From NCBI GenBank assembly GCA_002633005.1, contig NMRA01000310.1:438624-502623 (forward strand): a DNA stretch of 64,000 nt. Reading direction: 5' to 3'. This DNA is from Phoronis australis (Eukaryota; Animalia; Phoronida). Within the stretch, counting starts at the first letter, position 1; each line of letters begins with the position of its first letter. Made by a program: the position numbers and the translations under genes. The notes beneath the pieces were generated by a model. That model ran no database searches and had not been told where the DNA came from. It saw only the letters and a list, made by a program, of their open reading frames with translations. Shown piece after piece: positions 1 to 12,000 of the stretch.

Positions 1-174
1 CAGGAGGAATTGAAGCATAGTGGCACCAGGTGCATGACCCGCATATCGCGACCGTGAAACATGGTTGTTCGGGTGCCTAATTAAATGCGATTAATGCATT
101 CTACAGGGATGTTTTCACTTACAGTAATTTTCCAAATATTTTTCCCACATGTAATATGTAAATTACGATATTTA

Positions 175-1738
175 CGGTAAAGTCGCGTGATTTTCGGACG
201 GCCCGCCATTTTCGACCAAGAATAAATATTTCCGAAATGAGTTTTTCATGGTCCACGAAATTCGTACCAGGTCCAAAAACTGTTTTTCAATGATTCTTGA
301 ATTTCGGACAATGTCATAAACGTCGGATTTTTGTCCCGCGACTTTCGGACAAGGAAAATTTTAGAAACGCTAATTTAGGATCGACGCAACTCCCGTGTTA
401 CTAAAGCGTTCAACGGATGATTACTACTCGATAAGGCTTGAATCTGAGAATTGGGGTAACGGGCTTTGTAATTTTTACCTTGTCTTGACGATGTCATGAC
501 CGTTACTCGATTGTCTTGCGTTTAGCTTGAGTTTGGTGCTTTAGCTATGAAAAAAGTCACCGAGTCTCGCATGACGAAAATTTCTGATGAAAATACAAAT
601 GGGAAATACANNNNNNNNNNNNNNNNNNNNNNNNNNNNNNNNNNNNNNNNNNNNNNNNNNNNNNNNNNNNNNNNNNNNNNNNNNNNNNNNNNNNNNNNNN
701 NNNNNNNNNNNNNNNNNNNNNNNNNNNNNNNNNNNNNNNNNNNNNNNNNNNNNNNNNNNNNNNNNNNNNNNNNNNNNNNNNNNNNNNNNNNNNNNNNNNN
801 NNNNNNNNNNNNNNNNNNNNNNNNNNNNNNNNNNNNNNNNNNNNNNNNNNNNNNNNNNNNNNNNNNNNNNNNNNNNNNNNNNNNNNNNNNNNNNNNNNNN
901 NNNNNNNNNNNNNNNNNNNNNNNNNNNNNNNNNNNNNNNNNNNNNNNNNNNNNNNNNNNNNNNNNNNNNNNNNNNNNNNNNNNNNNNNNNNNNNNNNNNN
1001 NNNNNNNNNNNNNNNNNNNNNNNNNNNNNNNNNNNNNNNNNNNNNNNNNNNNNNNNNNNNNNNNNNNNNNNNNNNNNNNNNNNNNNNNCGCCGAATACGC
1101 AATTCCAGCATTTTATTGGGAAACCATGCGTTCACAGCGCAAACTCGACATTTTTGTTATTGAGAAAACGCATTTTTACAAAAGAGAATCGGTTGTCTAA
1201 CGTTTCATGTGCGTCAACAACGCAAACCAGACCCACTCATTGAAAAGCCCATATTTGTCACCAGGAAGACTCTTCGCAACGCAGCCCGATATTTCAAGTG
1301 GGATAGCGCAGTTTTGAAAAGATTCCGTCACTTGCGGAGAACGGTTTTTGAGCATCGGCAATGCAAGCCGAATATTTCATATTGAGAAAGCACATCTTTG
1401 AAAAGAAGAACCAACACTTGTTGGGAACGGTCTTTGTGCGTCGACGGCGCACATTTCTTATTGGGAAAGCCAGATTTTCAAAAATTAATCGCTCAGACCA
1501 TTTGAGTCTCATTTACCTGCAATTATACTGCTATCAAATGACCGAGCCAGCATTGTTGATACTACGACCGCTCATCGAAATAATGTACACCCACGAAATT
1601 CGGACACTAGCGGAAACCCAAATTTGGAGGTCCGCCAAATTCGGACACCACAAAATGATATTTCGCGAGATTCGTCCAAGAATGAATTTTTTCTATTGGA
1701 ATTAATTTTCAGTGTCCGAAAATCACGCGACTTTACCG
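175..1738. mobile_element. Non-autonomous Tc1/mariner (pogo/Tigger-like) DNA transposon in flower intron 3, spanning an N gap
   Basis: 25-bp perfect TIRs CGGTAAAGTCGCGTGATTTTCGGAC (175-199) and its reverse complement (1714-1738). TA flanks both ends (173-174, 1739-1740). Subterminal TTCGGAC repeats at ~303, ~344, ~1599, ~1640. No transposase is recognisable in the sequenced part. Confidence 0.85.
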
Positions 1739-2082
1739 TATAGGCTGATTATCTTACTGTAAATAATGGAAATTTTACCAAATCATGCCTGTAATAAACT
1801 ATTTTTTTGGAAAATTTGAGGAAATTAAATTTCATTTTGTCAGTCACATGAAGATTTCCCATGCCTTCCTAGTGATAGGGTGTGAGAAATCGAAAAGAGG
1901 TTAGTTTGATTAAGAGGTAACAAGGGTGGGCTTATACCAGGGCAGAGACGACACTATCTATTACTTTTAGCACAGAGATAATACAAACAATGGAAACGAG
2001 GCTATTGCTAACGTTGTAGGAGAAATTAATGAATGATGCAGAGAGACCAATCCTTTTGAGCAAAGTAGATGCTTTTACTTAC

Positions 2083-2208
2083 AGACAATATACTACGGCT
2101 TTCTGCCATGGCGGTCGATTATCAGAGAATTTTCCTATTCTATCAACATAGTCTAAACACTGGCAACAGCATGGGGCCTCCATGACGGTGATACCGAAGC
2201 CATATAAT
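2083..2208 (-). CDS. CACFD1: flower exon 3
   Basis: 126 nt; cctgtttcag acceptor, GTAAGT donor; LYGFGITVMEAPCCCQCLDYVDRIGKFSDNRPPWQKAVVYC. Confidence 0.92.
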
Positions 2209-5200
2209 CTGAAACAGGAAAGAAATCAAGGTGACCAACAGATGGCATGCTGATCAGACTTAAATGTTTACAATATACTTTTCACACAGTATTGAGATAG
2301 ACATATTCACATACACAATGGAGTTTTTATAAGAATTCATTCATAACACCCAAGTTAACCTAATGAATTTTAAACATTATTTTCAGTCCTATAAGTTCAC
2401 AAATGGTAAAATCTCATCAAATTTCGCACAAAAACAATTGCCACAATGGCACTTTTTCATGTTTCAAAGGCTGCTGATGATTCTGGTGAAACAGCCCACA
2501 GTTTGCGTGTTGGTCGCTATGGTACACAACTTGGATATGTCAAGGCTTCATTTTGGTAACCATACATTATTACAGAAAATAAGAAAATACAATTTTACCT
2601 GTCCACCATATTGTGTTTTAAATTGGTGAGATTTTATACCAGATGTCGAAAATCAAGAAAACTTAAAAATATACATCTTCCGATAATAAAAAATATTACA
2701 TTAAAATCACTAATACAAAAATTGGCAAATCATTGAAATCTGCTCTCTTCACTAGGTTGTCAATCAGAATTTGCTCCAAAATCACCAAGAGGAATACAAT
2801 AGCCACCCCCATTTCACTACCAGTTGTCCTAGTTGAAAATACGAAGTCCAAAAAACTAAAGCTGAAAACAAAAATTTTTTTGCACAAATACAACGTTACA
2901 AATCAAAATTCAAAAGGTGACAGTAGTGATTAAGGGTGTCACCCGTAGAAAGGTAATGAATGCACCTAGGTAATCATGTAGAACCCTAAGCCCACAGACA
3001 CCGCCATGTTGAATATATCACTTGCTAGTTTCCTAACTAAGCAGAGAACTTATCAGCATCTTGTTACATAACCTCGCCTAAGGTCTGTAGCCTTGCAGAT
3101 GGCAAACCATCCTGAGGTATTGATAACAATATTGGAGTTAAGTCCAGAAAGTGAACTTAGAAAGCATTATATACTCCATGATGAGATGTAACCTCATCCA
3201 AATTCCCACTGTTAGCGCCATGACGACAAGGGAAGTGGGACAAAAATTCATCTTGCTTCTCATCTTGCAAAAGATCTGCTACTTTCTGCTTTCAGTTACT
3301 CAGGTGTTAAAGAGGGGCTATTTTTCATTTATTAGTATCGCCCCCTACGGAATATCGGGCTAACTAAACAGTTCATAGAAATGATAGGCTACTCCAGATG
3401 AAGACATTCTCTTTACCAAATGTAATTCATAACTTCGTGATATTGCATCTCCATCTTTCACAGTAATTTGAAAATTTGATACTAGACAAAAAGAATTGAA
3501 TTCACAGTGAACTTAAAAAATCTTATCGTATGTTATGCAAGTTTTACAATCATTCTATAATTGGATGATTCCACAGTATTTGTCCTACCTGTTGCGCACA
3601 AAAGTACTCCAGCAATTCATTTCCACTAAATTCTGCTGAGAGGGAGATTATGATATGTCCACCACAAGATAACAAAAAATACAGAGAGCTTTCTGCTAGT
3701 GTATTGTTGGAGGACATCATTTTGTTAAGTCAGTTGTTACCCAGGCACAGGGCTCGCCTGATCTTGTGAACTTGTTCTCGTCTAATAAAAGATAATATTT
3801 TATTAACTAAAGGTAAAACCTAATCGAAGTGTCTATAGAGTTGACCAACAAATTGAATCGACACTCGATTACTCGATATTTCTTATTGTAACGGAGTGGA
3901 CAAATACTTTGAAATCACCCAATTACGACATTGTGAAGGTGTAAAAATGTATGTTTTCAGACACTTAATATTTGCCTAAATACACTCACTTAGAACAAGG
4001 AGTTAGTGAAAGAGCAACAGCAACAAATTTTGAAATCAAAAATAGCAAGTGGAAAACCTTGGAAAACAAATTACAACAACAAAACAAGGGCTTCCTGATC
4101 CAGTCCTTAGAACTGTATTTCCTAGGGGAAATTGAAAAATTTAAGAATATAGGGTGCAACACAAAAGTGAAGAACAATCCAGAAGTCACATGTACTACAG
4201 CACTCAACACTTAGCATGATGTTAACCCACTAAATGCAACCTGGCAAAATTCCCAAGTCACCAAATGGGAACCGAGATTTCCAAACCTCGTTTGTAAGTG
4301 CCGAAAACGAAATAAACGAAATACCTGAAGTAAGCACCTGGCAAAAACCAAACACAGAATACTGGTAAGGAATGTTTCACATGCTCAGTGACAACTGACT
4401 TCCCCTTCTAGGGCCTAATAACTCGCACAGAATGTCACCTCCTGAAGAAGACCAACACGATCGGTACGAGCTACCTTCAGATTTTTGCCAAGCAATTCCC
4501 ATTACGTGTATTTAATTTGTGCAATATTTTGAGTCTGCGCTCCCATGTGCGCGTGGCGACTTCGTGACAATATGGGACTGAACAGATCGCCAAATTGAGC
4601 TCTATGCTGCACTTCAACACTCTTATGTGATCAACTATATGAGATTGTATATTAAAAACGGGGAACACTCAAAAACTTCATTTTCATTAAAGATTAGACA
4701 AGTTAAAATTGTCATCATGAGGGTAAATGATAAAGTTTATCAGTAAATAAAAGATATTCAATGAAATTTAGGAATTTACTCGCCAGGTCAAAAATCTGCA
4801 AGTTTCCAACTCACCAAAAAAGCACACGCTGTGAAAAAACTAAATAACGGTTAAATAGAAAAAATATAATTATTAGACTAGAGTGATCAAACAACTGTTG
4901 AATATCAACTTTGAAAAAGTATAAATTTTGCTCTCAGGAGAATCTTGGTCAAGTGAAAAGTTTATTATTTACATGATGTAATAATACGGCGTGTAACAAT
5001 TTGATACAATTGTATTTCCTCAACTGTTCCAGTAAAACCCAACTGTGCACTTCTAATGTAAAATGTAAGTATTACAAACACACAAACACACTACATAGAA
5101 ACACACAGGTACACACATGTGTGTGGTTACTTACACTTGTAATACTCCAGCTAGTATACATCTCCCAGTAATAGTAACGCACACAAATATTCCTAGCACC

Positions 5201-8200
5201 ATGGAAACTGCAAGAAAATGGAAACATTTATTTAGTAACCCAGCTTTTGATAGTTGGTATAATTTAAATCTGAAAACGAAAATTTAATGTACCACACCTT
5301 GAATCTAATTACGTCTTCCATACATAATAAGGGAGTGAAGACCACCGTATGGCCGAACAGCAGTTGTCTGTCTGAAAATTCAGGGAAAAACTGCATGTGA
5401 TACGAATCAATAAATATCATCTGTTAACAAAATGTTATTGACAAAAGACAATTTTCATCAACCCAGGCAATAGAGATGAGGACTGTTAAGGTACACAGAA
5501 TCATTGGTTCATGGGATAGGAAATGTGTGTTCTAGCCTAGTTCATCATCAAATTGGAGTTCAAGTGTTTAGCAAGACTATTTTCAAACAAAAAGTTAAAA
5601 TATAAAGACACATAGTTCAATCGCATCCACAATGCCGAGATATGACATGAAACAGTTGTTGATGACCTCCTAAAAGATCCAGGATAAGATGCGTAATGCC
5701 TGCACCAATTATTACGCAGGGCAAAGATCTTTTCAGACTTATTTTCATTGGATTCATGTTATGTGATCATCGGGTGGCGTGCATGAACCAACTTCATCTA
5801 GAATACTTTTGCGGTAAAATCTCACCAATTTTGGACAAAAATAATCGGTTAAATAGCCTTTTTTAATTTTCAAAGGGATTCTATCATTTTGCAAATGCTC
5901 GCATTATTAAAACATTGTCTGATAGCGGCTATGGTACAGACTTTGAACATGCAAAAGCATCACTTTAGTGCCACCTATCTTTCATGGAAACAAACCAGAA
6001 AATTTCAGTTGTCCGCCATATTGAGCTTTAAATTGGTGGAATTTGACGAAGTTGTCATGGAGTTCAGGCATTGAGCAATGGAATCAGTCAGCTTGCTATT
6101 GATCAACTGAATGGCTAAGTCATCAAGGAGAGTATCTTTAAAGCCTGGCTGGCTGCAAACTCTAATACAGCAAACTCCACATGACTATCACATACAAGTA
6201 TGACTATTTAAAAAAATAATTGCAGGCGGTCTGATACACCTTGTACGAGACGTGCGCAGGCTGCGCATGTGGGACCATTAGCAATGATCACCTGGAACCA
6301 TTTTTATGCTTTCTAAACATGTAGTTAAAACCGAGCTGACGAGCTAGAAACCTGACTCAAAGGTTCAGCAATGTGACCCAGTGGGACTTGAACCCACGAC
6401 CTCCAGTAAAGAAAGCGGGTACCTATCACACAAAGCCACACTGCCTACTCTCCACTTACTTAGCTCATTCACCTCATTTTGAACCCCCACATTTACTACT
6501 AATAAAAATAATATTTTGTTCCTCACTTATTTTGCACAAGGCTACTTGGTAGGATTTTCTTGCCTCACGTAGTTCTGAACATTATATATTCACCACATAA
6601 TTCATCTCATTATTCATGTAGACTATCTCATGCTGATGCAGATGTGAGGTGAAAGGGGTGACCTGCATGAGGTTCATGTCATATACATGCTCAATAGAGC
6701 AATGTGCTCTTGCATCAGAACAGGATAAAGTAACTGTAAATTGAATCACCTTAGCAACCCTTAAGCCATATTTTGTTTAATACACATACTGGTAGACAGT
6801 AATACTTTGTTGGCTAAAGGGGTTAATAGAGATCATATGGCATAGAATAATGAAAATGCAAGTAAACAAACAAACTGGACTTTAACCAATGACCTTTCCG
6901 TGACCAATTCTAAGTAATATATAGATCACATTGATAACAGAGAAATGTCCAACACCACCATGTCATTTTGCTGTGGTAGATCGTCCCAAGAAGCCAGCCC
7001 AACATGAACCTTGGACGAGATAGTCAAAATTGCTAAACAAATCACAAGCCATTTTCAGTGGACGACACACGGTTTCACGTCCATACCCTCTAAACTGATG
7101 GCATTACCATAACAGTTCCCTGACGAATCAAGACATTTCCTCTCACCATTTCACACTTATGATGGCCAATACCTCTCCCAATCCGTGATAACAGCATAAT
7201 GATCCAGTTTATAGTTCCCGAAGTGCCCAAGATTACAAAACATCAAATTTGCCCTATTATCAGTGATGATATTTGTCATGAAATCCACGATATAGTTTTA
7301 CTAAATATATTGATTTTGAATTAACATGATCACATTACTGTAAAATTCTTATTTCGCTAACATGTTTCTGGTATGTTTAAATGCTAACTTGTTTTGGCAT
7401 TCAGTTGAGTGACTAGAGTCAATGGCCCTTCCGGTCATCCACATAATGTTTTTTTATCTCTATAGTAAACAGGATGTTGTAGTGGTCATTCACAGACCAT
7501 TACCATATACGGCAGATACACTGGTGAATTTCTTCTTATAGTTCCGTTAGTTCTAAGAGTTGTTAACTGTTGTTTCCTATATTATTTTGACGCATGAAGT
7601 TCAGTACATTTTTGCCCACACATATCCATCTGTATAAACCATGACATAGAGAAATAAAACCCATGTACTATTAGTCCAAAACACATGCTGTCTCATTCTT
7701 TGAATCTCGGTTTTAGATTCCACCAGCTTTGTACTCAGCCATATACTCAGCTCTGTAATCAACGCCACAACCCCACACACAACACAGCATCAGTGTACAC
7801 ACTTTTCTCCCATAATACCTCTGGATATTGCTGATTCACTGACAAGTAATGATTCAATTTAAAAAATGTTTATCTTCAGTGAAATACAACATATATTCCT
7901 GCATCAAATCCTAAGATTTTTTCTAATTAAGAAGTGCGAACATCGCACTCGTCTGCTTCTATTTTTTACCACCAGTAGCGACACCTTAATTGGTTTCACA
8001 TTATGTACTTCCTTATAAATTCAGTAGTATTTCTGGAAACGCTTTCTCAGCGTAATGATACATATCAGTTTCCTGGGATTTTGAAAGATGTCACCTAAGA
8101 GAAAATCGGTCAAGAGGCTAACATTTTACAAGACTCACGAAAGTGTACCCACGATCCAGATCTCCACTACTATAGAAGTCCTAGCGATTTCACGACAAGA

Positions 8201-8588
8201 AGTAATTTGATTACATTTTAGTACTACTTTATGCACATTTTTACTACAATTTTACAATTTTCCCCAAAAAATTGGAAACTTCAGTCACCTGCGTCTCCTG
8301 ATATGTTAACTTATTAGAACCTGCATGTGAGTGTGAGTCATTCTTTTACACAGTGATGCCGAGGGTTGGGCATTTATTAAACTTTTAAAGTAGCCAATTA
8401 GGCTTTTATCAGGAAGAGATAAGCAGTTAATTAATTTAACTGTAGTGTAAGACGCAAGTTTGAAAAAATGAGGTAAAGCATTTACGTAATCCAGCAAGAA
8501 CTCCCACTCCTTTCGTTAAATATCTAAACCACCACGTAATTTCGGAACTCTCTTGGGCGCTTTCTTCTCTGCTGCCTCGTTGTCCCAT
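2083..8588 (-). CDS. CACFD1: Calcium channel flower homolog (CACFD1/fwe), exons 1-3, 3' partial
   Basis: Exons 8588-8486, 5207-5135 and 2208-2083, all GT-AG with matching phases. They give MGQRGSREESAQESSEITWWFRYLTKGVGVLAGLLSMVLGIFVCVTITGRCILAGVLQVLYGFGITVMEAPCCCQCLDYVDRIGKFSDNRPPWQKAVVYC. This carries the Flower hallmarks TWWxRxL..GV, EAPxCCQ and WQKAVxYC. Not in the ORF track; remaining exons not found in the sequenced window. Confidence 0.93.
5135..5207 (-). CDS. CACFD1: flower exon 2
   Basis: 73 nt; ttcttgcag acceptor, GTAAGT donor; (L)SMVLGIFVCVTITGRCILAGVLQ(V). Confidence 0.88.
6324..6450 (-). mobile_element. tRNA-derived SINE, copy 1
   Basis: Minus strand has a tRNA-like head (GGCAGTGTGGC..., B-box GGTTCAAGTCC), then a body shared with the copy at 36854-36982. 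Confidence 0.7.
8486..8588 (-). CDS. CACFD1: flower exon 1
   Basis: ATG at 8588; MGQRGSREESAQESSEITWWFRYLTKGVGVLAGL; donor GTAAAT, phase 1. Confidence 0.9.
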
Positions 8589-8853
8589 TACGACGTATTA
8601 TTTCTGCCTGATGACGGATTTCTTGGCCTAACTCAAACTGCACATTGTTGCCGGAAGTGACTTCGTGTCGCTCGACAGCACTCAGTGTGACCTACATTCA
8701 ATTGACCTAGTTAGGAGTATAGAACACGTGCGTTGGGAATGACCACAGCCGAACATAAACAACAGTCGTGACAGTGCAAGTTTCAGTTCGTTACTTTAAT
8801 AACAGTCTGCGTCAAGTAACGTAATCGAACGGACATACAATTAAACAATAGCC
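8589..8853. promoter_or_regulatory. Putative bidirectional promoter, flower / cys2-like
   Basis: Only 265 bp between divergent ATGs; CpG-containing; ETS/GABP-type CCGGAAGTG at 8651-8659; E-box CACGTG at 8725-8730. Confidence 0.7.
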
Positions 8854-9059
8854 ATGGCACGTACGTTGAAACAATGCCTGAAGGTATTTGCTGGTTCGAA
8901 ATCGGTGCTACAAAAAGAAAACTTTGTGCATAAATTTATGTGCGCGCGATGTTCGTCTACAGGACCTCGCGAACAAATGCAGTATTTAGACGTGGAAGAA
9001 GCTCGGCCAGCGATGGAGTTCAAGGGCATGGACACGAAGTTTCCGTGCATGTTGAAAAA
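8854..9059 (+). CDS. cys2: cys2-like exon 1 (presequence plus FPC motif)
   Basis: Basic N-terminus [21 protein letters not shown]...ARCSS; ends FPCMLK; GTGAGT donor; phase 2 joins exon 2 as [10 protein letters not shown]. Confidence 0.8.
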
Positions 9060-12000
9060 GTGAGTGATGTAATTATTTTGTGCTTTAAAATAACACACAG
9101 GAGGCATCACAATTATTAATTATATGTCTTTACACAGCTTGGAACACTGGTTCCAAGGACACAGTAACTGGTGTACCAAATTTTAGAACAAATCATTTTC
9201 GAGTTGGTGATGAGTTCATGTTCATAGACTTATAACAGTCACCTGGCTTGATAGATCCAGCAGCCGAAATTTTCACCGGCAGATACTAAAGTTTAGTAGA
9301 CATATCGTCCGGTTACCTATTTTCGTCAGGCTCCAAAGTTCGTCCGCCATCTTGTTTCGCGTGCAGCGCAACCACGCGGGACTTAGCGTTCCAATTTGGA
9401 GTTCTCGTCTGCACGTTAGGTACTAACTTATCGGAAGAGACACGTATCAAAGTAATGAGACAAAAATCGGTGAGTTTACCGATTGTTTTTTAAAACCACT
9501 TAAAAATCAGTAGATTTTACTAATACACTTTTTTGTGCGTTTTCAGAAGATGTTTTCGAATTTAAATTTTCTTCCGACGGGACACAAAACATGATCCAGG
9601 GTTTGTTTATGCAATGTATCTGTTTNNNNNNNNNNNNNNNNNNNNNNNNNNNNNNNNNNNNNNNNNNNNNNNNNNNNNNNNNNNNNNNNNNNNNNNNNNN
9701 NNNNNNNNNNNNNNNNNNNNNNNNNNNNNNNNNNNNNNNNNNNNNNNNNNNNNNNNNNNNNNNNNNNNNNNNNNNNNNNNNNNNNNNNNNNNNNNNNNNN
9801 NNNNNNNNNNNNNNNNNNNNNNNNNNNNNNNNNNNNNNNNNNNNNNNNNNNNNNNNNNNNNNNNNNNNNNNNNNNNNNNNNNNNNNNNNNNNNNNNNNNN
9901 NNNNNNNNNNNNNNNNNNNNNNNNNNNNNNNNNNNNNNNNNNNNNNNNNNNNNNNNNNNNNNNNNNNNNNNNNNNNNNNNNNNNNNNNNNNNNNNNNNNN
10001 NNNNNNNNNNNNNNNNNNNNNNNNNNNNNNNNNNNNNNNNNNNNNNNNNNNNNNNNNNNNNNNNNNNNNNNNNNNNNNNNNNNNNNNNNNNNNNNNNNNN
10101 NNNNNNNNNNNNNNNNNNNNNNNNNNNNNNNNNNNNNNNNNNNNNNNNNNNNNNNNNNNNNNNNNNNNNNNNNNNNNNNNNNNNNNTTAACTGCATTGCT
10201 TGCCAGTATCTTAGAGTAAACTGGACCTTGGTTGGCGTATCGACTAATAGATTTTAGCAGACACTCAAAAGAAGCGGAAAACTACCACTGTTTCAGTGTG
10301 CCAGCATGGCACCAACCAAGTCCATAAGCCAACCTTTATTTGCTATATTTTCATTTTCAACCATAGCTTGCCTTGCAACATGTTACATAACCAGTGATGT
10401 AATAACTGAAGACTACTATTTCAGTAAGGACACTGGGTCAGTTGGCACCTGGTTCTGCAATTCCAGGTTGGCCAACAGTTCCGTACTTTAACCATACCCA
10501 CAGGTCTGTGTATTCAGCCAAGTATTTAGAGAACTATTTATTTTATGTTGAGTGAAAACAGTAAAAACATAAATTTTCTGAAAGTGTACAATGTAGAATT
10601 TGTCTTATTAACAACTTGATCAAATTTTGTTTTTAATGTAGATGTTCAGTCAAAATGAAATCTTAAAAATACAGATTCAGTCTCTTTAGTCGTTTTGTTT
10701 TGTTTTATTCAACTTTTGAAATTATATCAAAATTGCAAAAGTCCAATTTTCTGATGGCCCCTCATACAAAAGTGGAACATTAAAGAAACAATTTCTAATA
10801 GTGTTTTGGAGAACAGTGCATGCATAAAACTTAGTATCTCAAAGTTCCATATCAATCTGAACACCAATCTTTGAGATATGATGTTACAGGGCAAAGGGTC
10901 CTGTAGGTACTCAAAAATAAGAATCACTGCATTCTGTTAACTCAGTTTTGAAAAAGTGAAATGGAAATGAGAACTCTGATTTTTGGCAAAAATTCGAGAA
11001 AATTAGATGAAGTAAATGCACCAAGATTTAGGTGAGTCAGCTTAGGATGAGGAAGAGAATTGATCTATAGCGAAGTGATTGCTAAAAAGTCACAACTTTT
11101 TTTCAGCAATTGGTAAACGTTTACTACAGTTAAATATTTATTATTGAATCTACCAACAGTGTAGTCCTCGACATATATATAACCAGGAGCTCTGGCAAAG
11201 TTTTTGATTCCAAGGGATTCCAGAAGTTCTTGCAAAGAGCAACTGTGTATTGCGTGTAACTGCTTACATGTTAAGGTAACTTGTAAAGGTGATTTATAAC
11301 CCCACAAAAAAGTCCATTTGTTTTTCTATTGCATTCTGTGATTTATGCACATCTTTATAATGAATATTAATTACATAACTTGTGCCAATAGTGTCACATG
11401 GCGTCTCTATCATGGCCACACATTTTAGGGGAACAGATTCTTGATTGTACAAAATTGAATTATTTTCCATGCACTATGTGCATGAGATATGGTACCTGAG
11501 TAAATGAGCAGTTCATTGAGCTGTTTTCATTCAACATTTATTCCATATACACCGTTATAATACAAGATACATTGCATATGATAAATATAAATATTCACAA
11601 CTAGTCTATGCATTCACAGGTTTCATTCACCCATGTTGAAATTAAACAAGGCATTGGAGTTTTACACAGTATAAATAAGATTTCCCTAGCTGTTTTTTCT
11701 CCTTCGTGTTTAGCAATTACACAGTCAGGCAGTTTTGGTTGATTTTAAGTTACGTATTCTATTTTATATGATTTCATACCAATCGTGATACAAATGGTTG
11801 GAAAGAATTTATATTTATTTAGCCATTGACACACATATTGTTTTTGCTGATGGTTTGTCACCAGGAGTGACCACTTAGTGAGTTTGCTCAAAAATAGTTC
11901 AGCAAATAAGAGAACAATTTACAAGAAAAGGAAGCAAAAGGATTAAAAGTAGAAATGGTCGCTGAACATTGCTTTTTCTGCCTAATATTACAATGTAACC

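Noticed and set aside
547-1243. Long ORFs spanning N runs (also 9543-10219, 43526-43919, 45515-46597)
   Set aside because: Artefacts of gaps translating as X.
3193-3265. Segment translating to LVVMALTVGIWM as flower exon 2
   Set aside because: Weak donor and no in-phase acceptor; 5207-5135 fits much better.
6376-6450. tRNA gene (also 36900-36980 and ~15860-15940)
   Set aside because: A B-box is present, but I could not fold a complete cloverleaf and two copies share a non-tRNA body, so SINE is the better call.
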